Below are positions 52,163-63,601 of a DNA stretch of 64,000 nt, piece by piece; the stretch's first letter is position 1; each line of letters opens with the position of its first letter. The stretch lies in contig JAQGOL010000030.1 of the NCBI GenBank assembly GCA_028293625.1, positions 542,566 to 606,565 of the forward strand. Reading direction: 5' to 3'. Below the pieces are notes generated by a model, which was not told where the DNA came from, ran no database searches, and worked only from the letters and a program-made list of their open reading frames with translations. The DNA is from Chthoniobacteraceae bacterium (GTDB lineage Bacteria > Verrucomicrobiota > Verrucomicrobiia > Chthoniobacterales > Chthoniobacteraceae). The translations under genes and the position numbers were made by a program.

Positions 52163-52316
52163 GGCGCCATCGACGCGAGCGCGCAGCCGTCCGTATTCGG
52201 GAGCGTCGATGAAACAACCGCGGATTCCGAGGAGCGTTGAATCCGAGTTTATCGCGTCCTCCCGGCGAGGCGCTTCTGAGCAGCGGTCCGCGACTTTGTT
52301 CGCCAGGCAATCACGG

Positions 52317-53486
52317 CTAGAGATCGAGCAGCAGCCGTGCGGGATTTTCCAGGCAATCTTTGATGCGAACCAGGAAAGTGACCGCCTCTTTGCCATCCAC
52401 CACGCGGTGATCGTAACTAAGCGCCAGATACATCATCGGACGGATCACCACCTGGCCGTTAAGGGCCACCGGGCGCTCCTGGATTTTATGCATCCCGAGA
52501 ATTCCGCTCTGGGGCGGGTTAAGGATCGGCGTGCTTAAAAGCGAGCCATAGATGCCGCCATTGGAAATGGTAAATACGCCACCCTGGAGATCTTCAATTT
52601 TGATTTTCCCCTCACGCGCTTTCACCGCGTAAGCGGCCAGATCGCGTTCAATTTGAGCGAACGACTTTTGGTCCGCATCGCGAATAACCGGCACGACCAG
52701 GCCGCGTTCGGTTCCGACTGCCACTCCAAGATCGTAAAAGTGGTTCTGGATGAAATCGTCGCCATCCATGCGGCCGTTGATGGCCGGCACGGCTTTGAGC
52801 GCGCTCACGGTTGCCTTGATGAAAAGCGACATGAACCCAAGCTTAACGCCGTGTTCTTTTGTGAATGCGTCCTGCATTTCACTGCGCAGCTTCATCACGG
52901 CGCTCATGTCGCACTCGTTGAAAGTGGTCAGGATTGCCGCGGTATGCTGCGCCATGACCAATTGGGCAGCGATCTTGCGGCGCAGAGGAGAAATCCGTTT
53001 GCGGGTGCTGCGCCCTTCCACCACCGGCGCGACATTTTCCGAAGGCAACGCCAGCGAGCTGTTTGCCGCCGCCACTGCCATCGACAGGCTGGGGGCCGGG
53101 GCCGCGGGAGCCACAACCGGGGCAGGCGCCGCGGGGCGTTCCTCAACCTTTGGCGTTTGCGGGACCGATGTGGCCGTCATCGTATGCGAAGGCGCAACGG
53201 TGGTTGCCGAGGCAAGCGCCGCCACCGGTTTTTCGGTTCCCGAGGGAGCCGCCGCTTCATCGATACTCGCAACAATCTCACCGATTTTGACCTCCTGGCC
53301 GGCCTGCGCGAGGATATGCAGCACACCCGCTTTCTCCGCGGTGATTTCGGTGGAAACCTTGTCGGTCTCCAGCGTCAGCAGCGTTTCACCGGCGCTCACC
53401 GAGTCTCCTTCGTTTTTATGCCACGTGGAGATGAGTCCGCTTGTGATCGATTCACCAACAGCAGGAATTTTAACTTCGAAACTCAT
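52317..53486 (-). CDS. sucB: 2-oxoglutarate dehydrogenase E2, dihydrolipoyllysine succinyltransferase
   Basis: Lipoyl domain ([11 protein letters not shown]), an Ala/Pro linker, and a catalytic domain ending [19 protein letters not shown]. Confidence 0.93.
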   Translation of the reverse strand: MSFEVKIPAVGESITSGLISTWHKNEGDSVSAGETLLTLETDKVSTEITAEKAGVLHILAQAGQEVKIGEIVASIDEAAAPSGTEKPVAALASATTVAPSHTMTATSVPQTPKVEERPAAPAPVVAPAAPAPSLSMAVAAANSSLALPSENVAPVVEGRSTRKRISPLRRKIAAQLVMAQHTAAILTTFNECDMSAVMKLRSEMQDAFTKEHGVKLGFMSLFIKATVSALKAVPAINGRMDGDDFIQNHFYDLGVAVGTERGLVVPVIRDADQKSFAQIERDLAAYAVKAREGKIKIEDLQGGVFTISNGGIYGSLLSTPILNPPQSGILGMHKIQERPVALNGQVVIRPMMYLALSYDHRVVDGKEAVTFLVRIKDCLENPARLLLDL

Positions 53487-53648
53487 AGGTTAATTTAAGG
53501 GGTGCGGCAGACAAGGAGGTTGAACGGAAGCAGGACGCTGCCGGCAGACATTTAAAATTCGGCGGGGAAATTTGGAAGAGCGGAACGTGGGGAAATCGCC
53601 GAAACATTGAGGATTTACATATCCATCAAGAAACGGATCACGATTCTC

Positions 53649-56408
53649 TCAACCAAGTTTGAAAGCGTCCTCAACGATGAGCTTCTGTTCGCGTTTGTGG
53701 ATTCCAAGGGAGCCGACGGCCGGGCTGGCGCTGGCGGCACGGCCCGCATACCAGATCGGTTTATTCAGCAAACGGCGCAACTGCCAGGAGATGTGAGTCC
53801 ACGCCCCCATGTTCTGGGATTCTTCCTGGCACCAGACAAAGGTATTCGCGTTGGGATAAGTCTTAACAGCCTCCAGGATCTGGCTTTCATCCAGGGGATA
53901 AAGCTGCTCAATCCGGATAAAGGCGGCGCTGGCAATCTTGTTCTCGTCGCGGTGTTTCAACAGATCGTAATAGACTTTGCCGGAACAGAAAACCAGCCGC
54001 CGAACTTCTTCCTTGGTTCCAAGCAGCGGCGAATGCAGCACTTCATGGAAGTAATCGGAGGTGAAATCCGAGAGCTTCGAGGCGGCCGCTTCCAGCCGGA
54101 GCATGCTTTTTGGAGTGGTGATCACCAGCGGCTTAAGGAACGGCCGTTTCATCTGGCGGCGCAGCAGATGGAAATACTGGGCCGGCGTGGTCAGATTGCA
54201 GACCTGGATATTGTCTTCGGCGCAAAGCTGAAGGAACCGCTCGAGCCGGGCACTGGAATGCTCGGGCCCCTGCCCTTCATATCCGTGCGGAAGCAAAAGC
54301 ACGATGCCGCTTGGCCGCTGCCATTTTGATTCCGCCGATGAAATAAACTGGTCGATGATCACCTGGGCGCCATTGGCAAAATCGCCAAACTGCGCTTCCC
54401 AAAGGCAAAGCATCTCCGGGTAATCGGTTGAATAGCCGTAATCAAACCCGAGCACCGCCTGCTCGCTCAGTAAAGAGTTGTAGATGCAAATCCGCGCCTG
54501 CTCAGCCGCGAGATGCTGCAGCGGGCAATAGCGGTCGCGCGTTTGTTCATCGTAAAAATACGAGTGTCGCTGGCTGAAAGTGCCGCGCCGGCAATCCTGC
54601 CCGCTCAATCGGATCGGCACCCCTTCGAGCAGGAGCGATCCCATGGCAAGCGCCTCGCCGTATGCCCAATCAAAGCCTTCCCCTCGGGCAAGCACATCGA
54701 GCCGCTTATCCAAAAAGAACTTTTTCAGTTTGGGCAGAACGTGGAACCCTTCGGGCACCGTTGTCAGCCCGCCGACAATCTGCTCGATCCGCTCCTTGGA
54801 AATGGCGGTCTCAACCGGCGCATGCGAATAGGCCGGCTGGAATACCGCGGTCGATTCGCTGAACTTGTTGATGGTCTGATCCTGGTCGGCGAGTTTGACC
54901 TCGGCAAATGCCGCTTCATACTGCGCATCGGATTCTTTTTTAAGCGTGGCGGCGTCCTCGGCGGTCAGCACTCCCGAGTCGATCAGCTTCTGCTTGAAGA
55001 TCGTGCCAAGGGAGGGATGCGTGCCGATCTCCGCGTAAAGGGATGGCTGCGTAAAGAGCGGCTCATCCGTCTCGTTGTGGCCGTATCGCCGGTAGCAATA
55101 CATGTCGATGATGACATCCGCCTTGAATTGCTGGCGAAACTCAAAGGCGAGCTCCGCGCAGAAACGCACAGCCACCGGGTCGTCTCCGTTGACATGGAAC
55201 ACCGGTGCTTCAATCATCTTCGCCACGTCGGTGCAATAGCGCGAGGAGCGCGCATCGGCCGGCAACGTCGTAAAGCCAATCTGGTTATTGACTACAATGT
55301 GCACGGTGCCCCCGGTCCGATAACCCTGGAGCTGCGACATATTAAGCACCTCGGCCACGATCCCCTGCCCGGCAAACGCCGCGTCGCCATGGACGAGAAC
55401 CGGCACCACTTTCGAGCGCTCAATGCTGTCGTTGCGAATCCGCTGCCGGGCGCGCGCGATCCCCTGCACCACCGGATCGACCGCTTCAAGATGACTCGGG
55501 TTGGCGGAGAGCCGCACCGCCACCTCAAAACCGTCTTCCAGCTTGAGCTTGGTCGAGTAGCCAAGGTGATATTTCACATCGCCATCGCCTCCCACCGTGT
55601 GCGGCGCAAAATTCTCCGAGAACTCCGCGAACATCACCCGAAGCGGCTTCTGCAAAAACTCCCGGATCACGCTCAAACGGCCGCGATGCGCCATCCCCAT
55701 GACGATCTCTTCAACATTGGCCTGGGGACATTTTTCAAGGAGCGCATGCAGCGCCACGATGAGCGATTCACCACCTTCGATGGAAAACCGTTTTTGCCCG
55801 ACATATCGGGTATGAAGAAAATGCTCGAAAGTCTCGACCGCATGGATCTGGCGAAGCATCCGGCGCTGGGTTTCCACGGGCAACGCTTCCTGGCCAATTC
55901 GTGACTCAATTTTGTCCCGCACCCAATTGCGCACCCTCGGATTCTGGATGTGCATGAACTCGACGCCGATATGCCCGCAGTAGATCGATTCCAGCGAGCT
56001 GATCATCTCGCGCAGGCGCATCTTGCGGCCGCCCAGGAAAAACTTGGAGCTCACCTCCAGATCGAGATCCTTCGGCTCAAAGCCGAGCTCGCGCAGGCTC
56101 AGCATCGGATTCTCAGGCCGCGCTTTGGCAAGCGGATCAAGATCGGAAATGGTATGGCCGAGCGTGCGATAAGCGTAGACGAGCCCATCAACGCGGGTTT
56201 GAAGCGGCCCATCCGGGGTGGAGCTCGATGCCGCCACGGCCGTCGGGTCAATGCCCGCGCCGTTGTGATTGGACTGGACCGAGCCAAGCTCGAACCCTTC
56301 GAAAAAAGCAGCCCAGGCGGGATCGACCGAGGCAGGGTCTTTCTGCCAGCGTCCGTAACTCTCCTCGAGCAGATCGACGTTGAAACGATTCGCGAACGAA
56401 ATAGCCAT
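53649..56408 (-). CDS. sucA: 2-oxoglutarate dehydrogenase E1 component
   Basis: 919 aa. YRTLGHTISDLDPL, GMAHRGRLSV, HGDAAFAGQGIV, YRRYGHNETDEP and other OGDH E1 signatures. Confidence 0.95.
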   Translation of the reverse strand: MAISFANRFNVDLLEESYGRWQKDPASVDPAWAAFFEGFELGSVQSNHNGAGIDPTAVAASSSTPDGPLQTRVDGLVYAYRTLGHTISDLDPLAKARPENPMLSLRELGFEPKDLDLEVSSKFFLGGRKMRLREMISSLESIYCGHIGVEFMHIQNPRVRNWVRDKIESRIGQEALPVETQRRMLRQIHAVETFEHFLHTRYVGQKRFSIEGGESLIVALHALLEKCPQANVEEIVMGMAHRGRLSVIREFLQKPLRVMFAEFSENFAPHTVGGDGDVKYHLGYSTKLKLEDGFEVAVRLSANPSHLEAVDPVVQGIARARQRIRNDSIERSKVVPVLVHGDAAFAGQGIVAEVLNMSQLQGYRTGGTVHIVVNNQIGFTTLPADARSSRYCTDVAKMIEAPVFHVNGDDPVAVRFCAELAFEFRQQFKADVIIDMYCYRRYGHNETDEPLFTQPSLYAEIGTHPSLGTIFKQKLIDSGVLTAEDAATLKKESDAQYEAAFAEVKLADQDQTINKFSESTAVFQPAYSHAPVETAISKERIEQIVGGLTTVPEGFHVLPKLKKFFLDKRLDVLARGEGFDWAYGEALAMGSLLLEGVPIRLSGQDCRRGTFSQRHSYFYDEQTRDRYCPLQHLAAEQARICIYNSLLSEQAVLGFDYGYSTDYPEMLCLWEAQFGDFANGAQVIIDQFISSAESKWQRPSGIVLLLPHGYEGQGPEHSSARLERFLQLCAEDNIQVCNLTTPAQYFHLLRRQMKRPFLKPLVITTPKSMLRLEAAASKLSDFTSDYFHEVLHSPLLGTKEEVRRLVFCSGKVYYDLLKHRDENKIASAAFIRIEQLYPLDESQILEAVKTYPNANTFVWCQEESQNMGAWTHISWQLRRLLNKPIWYAGRAASASPAVGSLGIHKREQKLIVEDAFKLG

Positions 56409-56592
56409 AAAAAATGTGGGGGGCGGAATCTATGCCCACGATTGAACCGCTCGAAAGGAAATTCTCTCATGGACACGCGCTCAATCTGCCTCCAAGGGCA
56501 CGTTTGCCTTCGTTTTTGAGGGCTGCTGGCGCGGACAAAAAAATTTGAGCGCAATTCCAAGCGGCTTGTCTGACGCTGCCCGACCCCTTCTT

Positions 56593-57738
<1,146 letters not shown>

Positions 57739-57797
57739 AGCGAACCGCTGCTTCCTGAAGGACACACTCGGTTTTGGCTTAGCCACCCTTTCCCCAA

Positions 57798-58730
57798 ATG
57801 ATTAAAGTTGAAAACCTGACCAAACGCTTCGCCGGCATCACCGCGATCAACAACCTCAATTTCGAGGTGGAGCGCGGGGAGATTGTCGGATTTCTGGGAC
57901 CCAACGGCGCGGGCAAAAGCACGACGATGAAGATTTTGACCAGCTATTTGCCGGCCACATCGGGCCGCGCAACCATCGCCGGATACGACGTTTTTGAGCA
58001 GTCGCTTGAAGCGCGAAAGCATATTGGGTATCTGCCGGAAAACACACCGCTTTATCAGGACATGCGCGTCAACGAGTATCTCCGTTACCGCGCCAGTTTA
58101 AAGCACGTCCCTTCAAGCAAAGTAAAGGAACGGGTGGGCGACGTAATTGAACTTTGCAATCTGCGCGAAGTGCAGCGCAAACTCATCAGCGCGCTCTCAA
58201 AAGGGTATCGGCAGCGCGTGGGACTGGCCGATGCGCTGGTTAGCGATCCCGATTTGCTCATCCTTGATGAACCGACCATCGGCCTGGATCCCAACCAGAT
58301 CCGACAGGTGCGCGAAGTGATCAAGAATCTGGCTCAAAAACGCACGGTGCTCATCTCCACCCATATTCTGCCTGAAGTGGAAATCATGTGCTCGCGGGTC
58401 ATTGTCATTCATAAAGGCCAGATCCGCGCCTCCGATACTGCCGAGAACCTTTTGCGGAACCACCGCGCAGCCGGTTCAATGCGGCTTGAAGCCAGCACCG
58501 GCACCGACGATGCGCGCTCCATGCTTGCCCAGGTTCCCGGAGTCAAGGATGTCACGGAAGAAAAAGACGGCGAGTATGGCATCTTTCAACTGCGGCTTGA
58601 AGCCAACACGGATCCCAGGGAGGAAGTCATGCGGCTGGCTGGCAACCGGCAATGGAACGTGCGCGAACTGCTGCGGCGGCGAGCGACCCTGGAGGATGTG
58701 TTTGTCGAACTGACCCATTCGGACAGCTAA
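57798..58730 (+). CDS. ABC transporter ATP-binding protein (GldA-like)
   Basis: Walker A GPNGAGKST, signature LSKGYRQR and Walker B LLILDEPT. Confidence 0.9.
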   Translation: MIKVENLTKRFAGITAINNLNFEVERGEIVGFLGPNGAGKSTTMKILTSYLPATSGRATIAGYDVFEQSLEARKHIGYLPENTPLYQDMRVNEYLRYRASLKHVPSSKVKERVGDVIELCNLREVQRKLISALSKGYRQRVGLADALVSDPDLLILDEPTIGLDPNQIRQVREVIKNLAQKRTVLISTHILPEVEIMCSRVIVIHKGQIRASDTAENLLRNHRAAGSMRLEASTGTDDARSMLAQVPGVKDVTEEKDGEYGIFQLRLEANTDPREEVMRLAGNRQWNVRELLRRRATLEDVFVELTHSDS

Positions 58731-58792
58731 GTTTGCCGGCGGAATCAGCCGGCCGCGCCTTAATCCCCTGTCTCCTTTTTCTTTTTCCACTC

Positions 58793-59548
58793 ATGCGAAC
58801 TTTCCTCACCCTCCTCGGACGCGAGCTGAAGTCTTACTTCTACTCGCCCATCGCCTATGTGGTGATCTTCTTCTTCCTGATCGCCACCGGATTCAATTTC
58901 TACGCCGGAGTCATGTTCCTCAACCGGAGCGACGCGGAGATCACCGTCGTGGAAGCCTCTTTTAACACGGTCCTCTTCTGGTTCCCGTTCATCCTCATTT
59001 TCCCGCTCATTACGATGCGCACTTACGCGGATGAATTCCGGATGGGCACCTTTGAAATGGTAACAACCGCCCCGGTGCAGGATTGGCAGGTGGTGCTGGC
59101 CAAGTTCACCGGTGCCTTCGGATTTTACTGCATGTTATGGGCGCCGAGCTTTTCTTACTTCGTCGCTTTCCAGCTCATCTCCGGAAAGGAGGCGGCGATG
59201 GCGGCGGGTGCGTACGGTGGCAGCTACCTGCTTCTGGCACTTCTGGGCATGTTCTATTGTTCAATTGGCTGCCTGGCTTCTTCTTTGAGCACCGAACAAG
59301 TCAACGCCGCTGTCATGACGTTTGCCTGCATCTTCGCCGTATTTCTAGGCGGCCTGGTAACCTTCATTTTTAATGTCACCAACCCGGCGCTCCGCGATTT
59401 GATCAGCTACGTCTCAGCCATTGAACACATGGCGGATTTCACCCGCGGCATCATCGATTCGCGCCCCATCATCTGGTATCTTTCCATGACGGCGCTCGTG
59501 CTTTTCGTCAACTTCCAGGTCTTCCAATACCGCAAGTGGAAAGCCTGA
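58793..59548 (+). CDS. ABC-2 type permease (GldF-like)
   Basis: MRTFLTLLGRELKSYFYSPIAYVV with six hydrophobic segments. ATG 58793. Confidence 0.8.
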   Translation: MRTFLTLLGRELKSYFYSPIAYVVIFFFLIATGFNFYAGVMFLNRSDAEITVVEASFNTVLFWFPFILIFPLITMRTYADEFRMGTFEMVTTAPVQDWQVVLAKFTGAFGFYCMLWAPSFSYFVAFQLISGKEAAMAAGAYGGSYLLLALLGMFYCSIGCLASSLSTEQVNAAVMTFACIFAVFLGGLVTFIFNVTNPALRDLISYVSAIEHMADFTRGIIDSRPIIWYLSMTALVLFVNFQVFQYRKWKA

Positions 59549-59576
59549 TTTCCGCCGCCCCTTTTTCCCTGCAATT

Positions 59577-61112
59577 ATGGCTAACGAGATTTCCTCTCTT
59601 GAACCCGCCGCAAAACCGCGTTCGATGAAACGGTTTCAAATCGGGCTCAACGTGATCACCCAGGTGTTCATCGTTTTTGTGCTGGTGGCGATGATCAACT
59701 TCATCGGGTTCCGCCAGTTCAAGCGCTGGGACCTTTCCCAGAACAAAAAATACGAGCTCAGCTCGATGACAACCAACCTGCTTGCCAGCCTGCAAAAGCC
59801 GGTCAAAGCGACGGTCTTCTTCAACCCGGGCGTGGCGATCGCCAACGATGTATCGCTCCTGCTGCGCGAGTTTGAGTATGCTTCAAAAAAGAAGTTCGAA
59901 GTCGAGGTGGTTGATCCTTACAACAATGTCTCCCGCGCAAAGGATCTCGCCTCAAAATATAAGTTTGGTGGAAACGATAACATCGTCATCCTTGATTACG
60001 ACGGCCACATCAAGTTCGTCACCGCGCAGGATATGGCTGAACTTGAGCAGCTTGATCAGATGGCACAGATGCAAGGCCAGCAGCCGCGGATCAAAGCCTT
60101 CAAAGGCGAACAGGCAATCACCAGCGCGCTCATTGAAATCACGGAGGAAAAACAGAACAAGGTCTACGTGCTCGCGGGCCATGGTGAACCGGAACTAAAA
60201 GGAGGCACCCTCAACGGACTGAAGGCCGCGACCGACCGGCAGAATATCAAGCTTGAAACCCTCAAGCTCAACGATGTCGACAAAGTCCCCGAGGATGCCA
60301 ATGGCCTGATGATCATTGGCGCGCGTGCCGATTTCTCGGAACGCGAACTCAAGCTTGTCACCGATTTCTGGGCTAAAAAAGGACGGCTCTTTGTCCTCCT
60401 TGATCCCGATGGCCGGACCCCGCGCCTGGATGGATTCCTTTTGGAAAATGGGATCACCCCCTCGCACGATCGTGTATTGCGCGTGGGCAAAGGACTCGGC
60501 CGCGACGATACGCAATCGCTCGCTTTGCACGATGTTGTCTACCTTTCACCCACCGGAGTCATGACCGAACGCGGCAAGGATATTTCAAAGGATCTCGCCG
60601 GGATCGACACCGCGCTGCTTGGAGCCACTGAATCGCTTCAGTTGAACATCCAGAAGGCGCAGCTTGAAAACCGCCAGCTCATACCGCTGATTGAATCCTC
60701 CAAGGAATTCTGGGGCGAAACGGAGTTTGTCGGCGATCAAGCCGTCCCTTTCCTTGATACCAAGAAAGATCATGTCGGCCCGTTAACCCTCGCGGCAGCC
60801 ATGGAAAAGGGCGCGGTGGCCGATGCGCGGGTCAAGGTCGACACCAGCCGCATGATTGTAGTCGGCAATGCCGGATGGATTGCCGATGAAGGAATCCGTG
60901 TGGCTGAGGTCGGCATCAATTTCGCCATGAACAGCCTTAACTGGCTGCTGAACCGCGAACCGCTGATCGGCATTCCACCCAAGGTCAAGGCGCCGGTGCA
61001 TCTGGGACTTGATGATGAACAACTCTTCAGACTTGCCGTCGTGGTCACCCTTCTTATTCCCAGCTTCTTTGCAGTAATCGGCGTCGGCGTCTGGTTCGTG
61101 CGCCGCTCATAA
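59577..61112 (+). CDS. GldG-like ABC-transport auxiliary protein
   Basis: N- and C-terminal TM anchors, about 500 aa, immediately downstream of the ABC ATPase and permease genes, as in gldAFG-type clusters. Confidence 0.65.
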   Translation: MANEISSLEPAAKPRSMKRFQIGLNVITQVFIVFVLVAMINFIGFRQFKRWDLSQNKKYELSSMTTNLLASLQKPVKATVFFNPGVAIANDVSLLLREFEYASKKKFEVEVVDPYNNVSRAKDLASKYKFGGNDNIVILDYDGHIKFVTAQDMAELEQLDQMAQMQGQQPRIKAFKGEQAITSALIEITEEKQNKVYVLAGHGEPELKGGTLNGLKAATDRQNIKLETLKLNDVDKVPEDANGLMIIGARADFSERELKLVTDFWAKKGRLFVLLDPDGRTPRLDGFLLENGITPSHDRVLRVGKGLGRDDTQSLALHDVVYLSPTGVMTERGKDISKDLAGIDTALLGATESLQLNIQKAQLENRQLIPLIESSKEFWGETEFVGDQAVPFLDTKKDHVGPLTLAAAMEKGAVADARVKVDTSRMIVVGNAGWIADEGIRVAEVGINFAMNSLNWLLNREPLIGIPPKVKAPVHLGLDDEQLFRLAVVVTLLIPSFFAVIGVGVWFVRRS

Positions 61113-61135
61113 ATCAACCTCCGCTTTTTTTGTTC

Positions 61136-63118
61136 ATGAAGTTTCGTTCCACCCTTGTTCTGCTAATCCTGGCGGTTGGCCTGGCTGCGTATATCTGGCT
61201 TGTTGAAAGCAAGCGTCCTACTTCCAGGGAAGCTCAGGAACGCAATCAGCTCGTGGCGCGGATTGATCGCGATGAAGTCAACGCCATCACGATCAAGAAC
61301 AACGAGAACCAGATTGAACTTCGCAAGAAGGATAACAATGTCTGGTATCTTGAATCGCCGGTCAAAGACCGCGCCGATTCCATGGTGCTCACCCAGCTCT
61401 TTACCACGGCTGAATTGCTCCGCCACGATGCCGTGCTTGGCGATGGCTCCAAGGGCAAGGACAAAGCGCAGCTCAAGGAGTTCGGCCTCCTGAACTCCGA
61501 AACTAAAATCAAGTTCACCGGCAGCGGCAAACCCGTTGAACTCATTATCGGCAAGGATTCCGCGGTTGAAGGCAAGATCTACGCGAAGCTTGAGGAGAGC
61601 GACACAGTCTATGTCATCGCCAGTGATCTGAAGACCCAAATCGCAAAGAAGGCCGATGAGTTCCGTGACCGCAAGCTCACCGAGCTAAGCACCGCGCAAG
61701 TCAACAAAGCGGTGATTAAAAGCGCGGCCGGCGAAATTGAGTTTGAAAAAAAGGACGAGCAATGGTCGCTGCTCAAGCCATTGAAGGCGCGTGGCGACGC
61801 TCTCAAAATCGGCGATCTGATCTCGCAGGCTACTACCGCGCGCGTGGAGAAGTTTCTGCCCGATTCCGCCAACCTCGCCGCTTACGGGCTTCAGGAGCCG
61901 CGCGGAACCATTTCGCTCTTTGCCGACGGGATCAAAGAGCCTGTCGTTTTGAACCTCGGAGTTAATCCCAAGGACGAAAAGGACAAAACCTACGCTAAAC
62001 TTTCCACACGCGACGCGGTGCTGATTTTGCCCAAGGCAATCGAACAGCTCCTTGCAACCAAACCGAATGATCTGCGGGATAAAAAGCTGACACGCGTGGA
62101 AAGCGATATCGTTGACCGCATCACGATTGAACCGGCCGGCAAGGAAAAGATTGTCCTGGCGCGCAGCGGTGAAAACTGGGTGAGCAAGGGTGCAAAAGAG
62201 TTTCCCGTCAACGGTTCAGCGGCAATGAGTCTTCTCAACTGGTTAAGATCCCAGGAAGTCAGCGAGTTTGTAGCCGACGTGGCGAGTGACCTGGTCAAAT
62301 ACGGACTCGACCAGCCGCAGCTCAAGGTCACGCTAAGTTCGTTTGCCTCTGAAAATACCGCGGAAACAAAAGCCGGAGACAAACCAATCGTCTCGCTGTT
62401 ATTTGGCAATACGGAGGGAAACAAGATCTACGTGAAGGTTGATGAAGAACCATTCGTTGTTTCCCTGGATAGAAACCTTTTTGAATCCATCGGAACTGAC
62501 CCGATCCGCTGGCGCTCAGTCAACGTCTATAACTTCAAGCCCGAGGAGATTACTTCCTTTGAGATCACGCGGGCCGATCAGCCGCCGCTTTCACTCGAAC
62601 GCGACAAAGAAAAATGGAAGCTTTCCAAAGGCGACGGAAGCGTCAACCAAATCAACGCTCAATCCCTTGTCAACACGCTCTCGGCCCTGCGCGCCGTCCG
62701 CTGGACGGGACCTGCTGCTCCCGAGGACGGCTTGGACAAACCGAGCATCGTAATCACCTTCAAAACCGCGGCCTCGGAGGGCAAACTGACTCTGGGCGCG
62801 CCTACGCCTGAAGAGATGACCAGGGCGAGCGCGGAAGGATTTGAAGGAACCTTTGAAGTCAGCCGGCCGGATAAGGAAGCCTTTGAACTTGCTCTGGTCG
62901 ACAAGCGCGCAACCCCGGCACCCGCAGTTCCCGCTGCACCCGCCGCGACTCCGGCACCTGCGATTCCCGTTGCGCCTGCTGCAATTCTCCCAACCCCGGC
63001 GCCCCTGGCTCCCGCTGCGACTCTCCCAACCTCGGCACCTGCGGTTCCCAATGCTCCCGCCGAGACTCCCGCTCCGAAGCCCGACGCCGTACCTCAGGAG
63101 CCGCTCCCCAAACCTTGA
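61136..63118 (+). CDS. DUF4340-like protein with Pro/Ala-rich repetitive C-terminal tail
   Basis: N-terminal anchor MKFRSTLVLLILAVGLAAYIWLV and repeated beta-domains (I..I.I......i.l.k....W.l), typical of the partner of GldG-like genes. The tail is ATPAPAVPAAPAATPAPAIPVAPAAILPTPAPLAPAATLPTSAPAVPNAPAETPAPKP. Confidence 0.65.
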   Translation: MKFRSTLVLLILAVGLAAYIWLVESKRPTSREAQERNQLVARIDRDEVNAITIKNNENQIELRKKDNNVWYLESPVKDRADSMVLTQLFTTAELLRHDAVLGDGSKGKDKAQLKEFGLLNSETKIKFTGSGKPVELIIGKDSAVEGKIYAKLEESDTVYVIASDLKTQIAKKADEFRDRKLTELSTAQVNKAVIKSAAGEIEFEKKDEQWSLLKPLKARGDALKIGDLISQATTARVEKFLPDSANLAAYGLQEPRGTISLFADGIKEPVVLNLGVNPKDEKDKTYAKLSTRDAVLILPKAIEQLLATKPNDLRDKKLTRVESDIVDRITIEPAGKEKIVLARSGENWVSKGAKEFPVNGSAAMSLLNWLRSQEVSEFVADVASDLVKYGLDQPQLKVTLSSFASENTAETKAGDKPIVSLLFGNTEGNKIYVKVDEEPFVVSLDRNLFESIGTDPIRWRSVNVYNFKPEEITSFEITRADQPPLSLERDKEKWKLSKGDGSVNQINAQSLVNTLSALRAVRWTGPAAPEDGLDKPSIVITFKTAASEGKLTLGAPTPEEMTRASAEGFEGTFEVSRPDKEAFELALVDKRATPAPAVPAAPAATPAPAIPVAPAAILPTPAPLAPAATLPTSAPAVPNAPAETPAPKPDAVPQEPLPKP

Positions 63119-63130
63119 TGTTCCGCCCCG

Positions 63131-63589
63131 TCAATCGGCCTGGGCGCGACGACGGTTAAGGTAGACGCGGCATGCACTCTTCATCCTTGTAAGAATGTAG
63201 TAAACCGTCTGCGAGCGGATCCGGACGAGTTGTCCGCCGACAATTTTCGGCACGAAGTCGGCGGGCAACTCCAGAATGGATTCCGGGGTGCTGCTATCGA
63301 GCCCCTTGCATAGGATCGCGGTCATCGCCTTGGTTAGCGTCTGCACCTGCGGCCCGAGCGTGATCCGGAAATGCGCATGCTGATCGGGGTCGAGCTTTAA
63401 AAATACTCCAACAGTATCGGTGCATTCCTCGTCCTTGCGCACATCTTCCAAATCAAACGTCTCGCCGGGCTTCGGCTCGTGACGCCTGGCCTGATCGGCA
63501 TAGGCAATGAGGTTCTCGCGCTTTTCCTCTTCGGGCAGACCTTCAAAGAGCGCGATGATTGCGTCGAGTTTTTCCGGGTAATCAGACAT
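63131..63589 (-). CDS. SufE-like cysteine desulfuration (sulfur acceptor) protein
   Basis: LDAIIALFEGLPEEEKRENLIAYA, candidate acceptor Cys in DEECTDTVGVFL, and a C-terminal LVRIRSQTVYYILTRMK. Confidence 0.65.
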   Translation of the reverse strand: MSDYPEKLDAIIALFEGLPEEEKRENLIAYADQARRHEPKPGETFDLEDVRKDEECTDTVGVFLKLDPDQHAHFRITLGPQVQTLTKAMTAILCKGLDSSTPESILELPADFVPKIVGGQLVRIRSQTVYYILTRMKSACRVYLNRRRAQAD

Positions 63590-63601
63590 TCCAAAGAAGG
63601 C

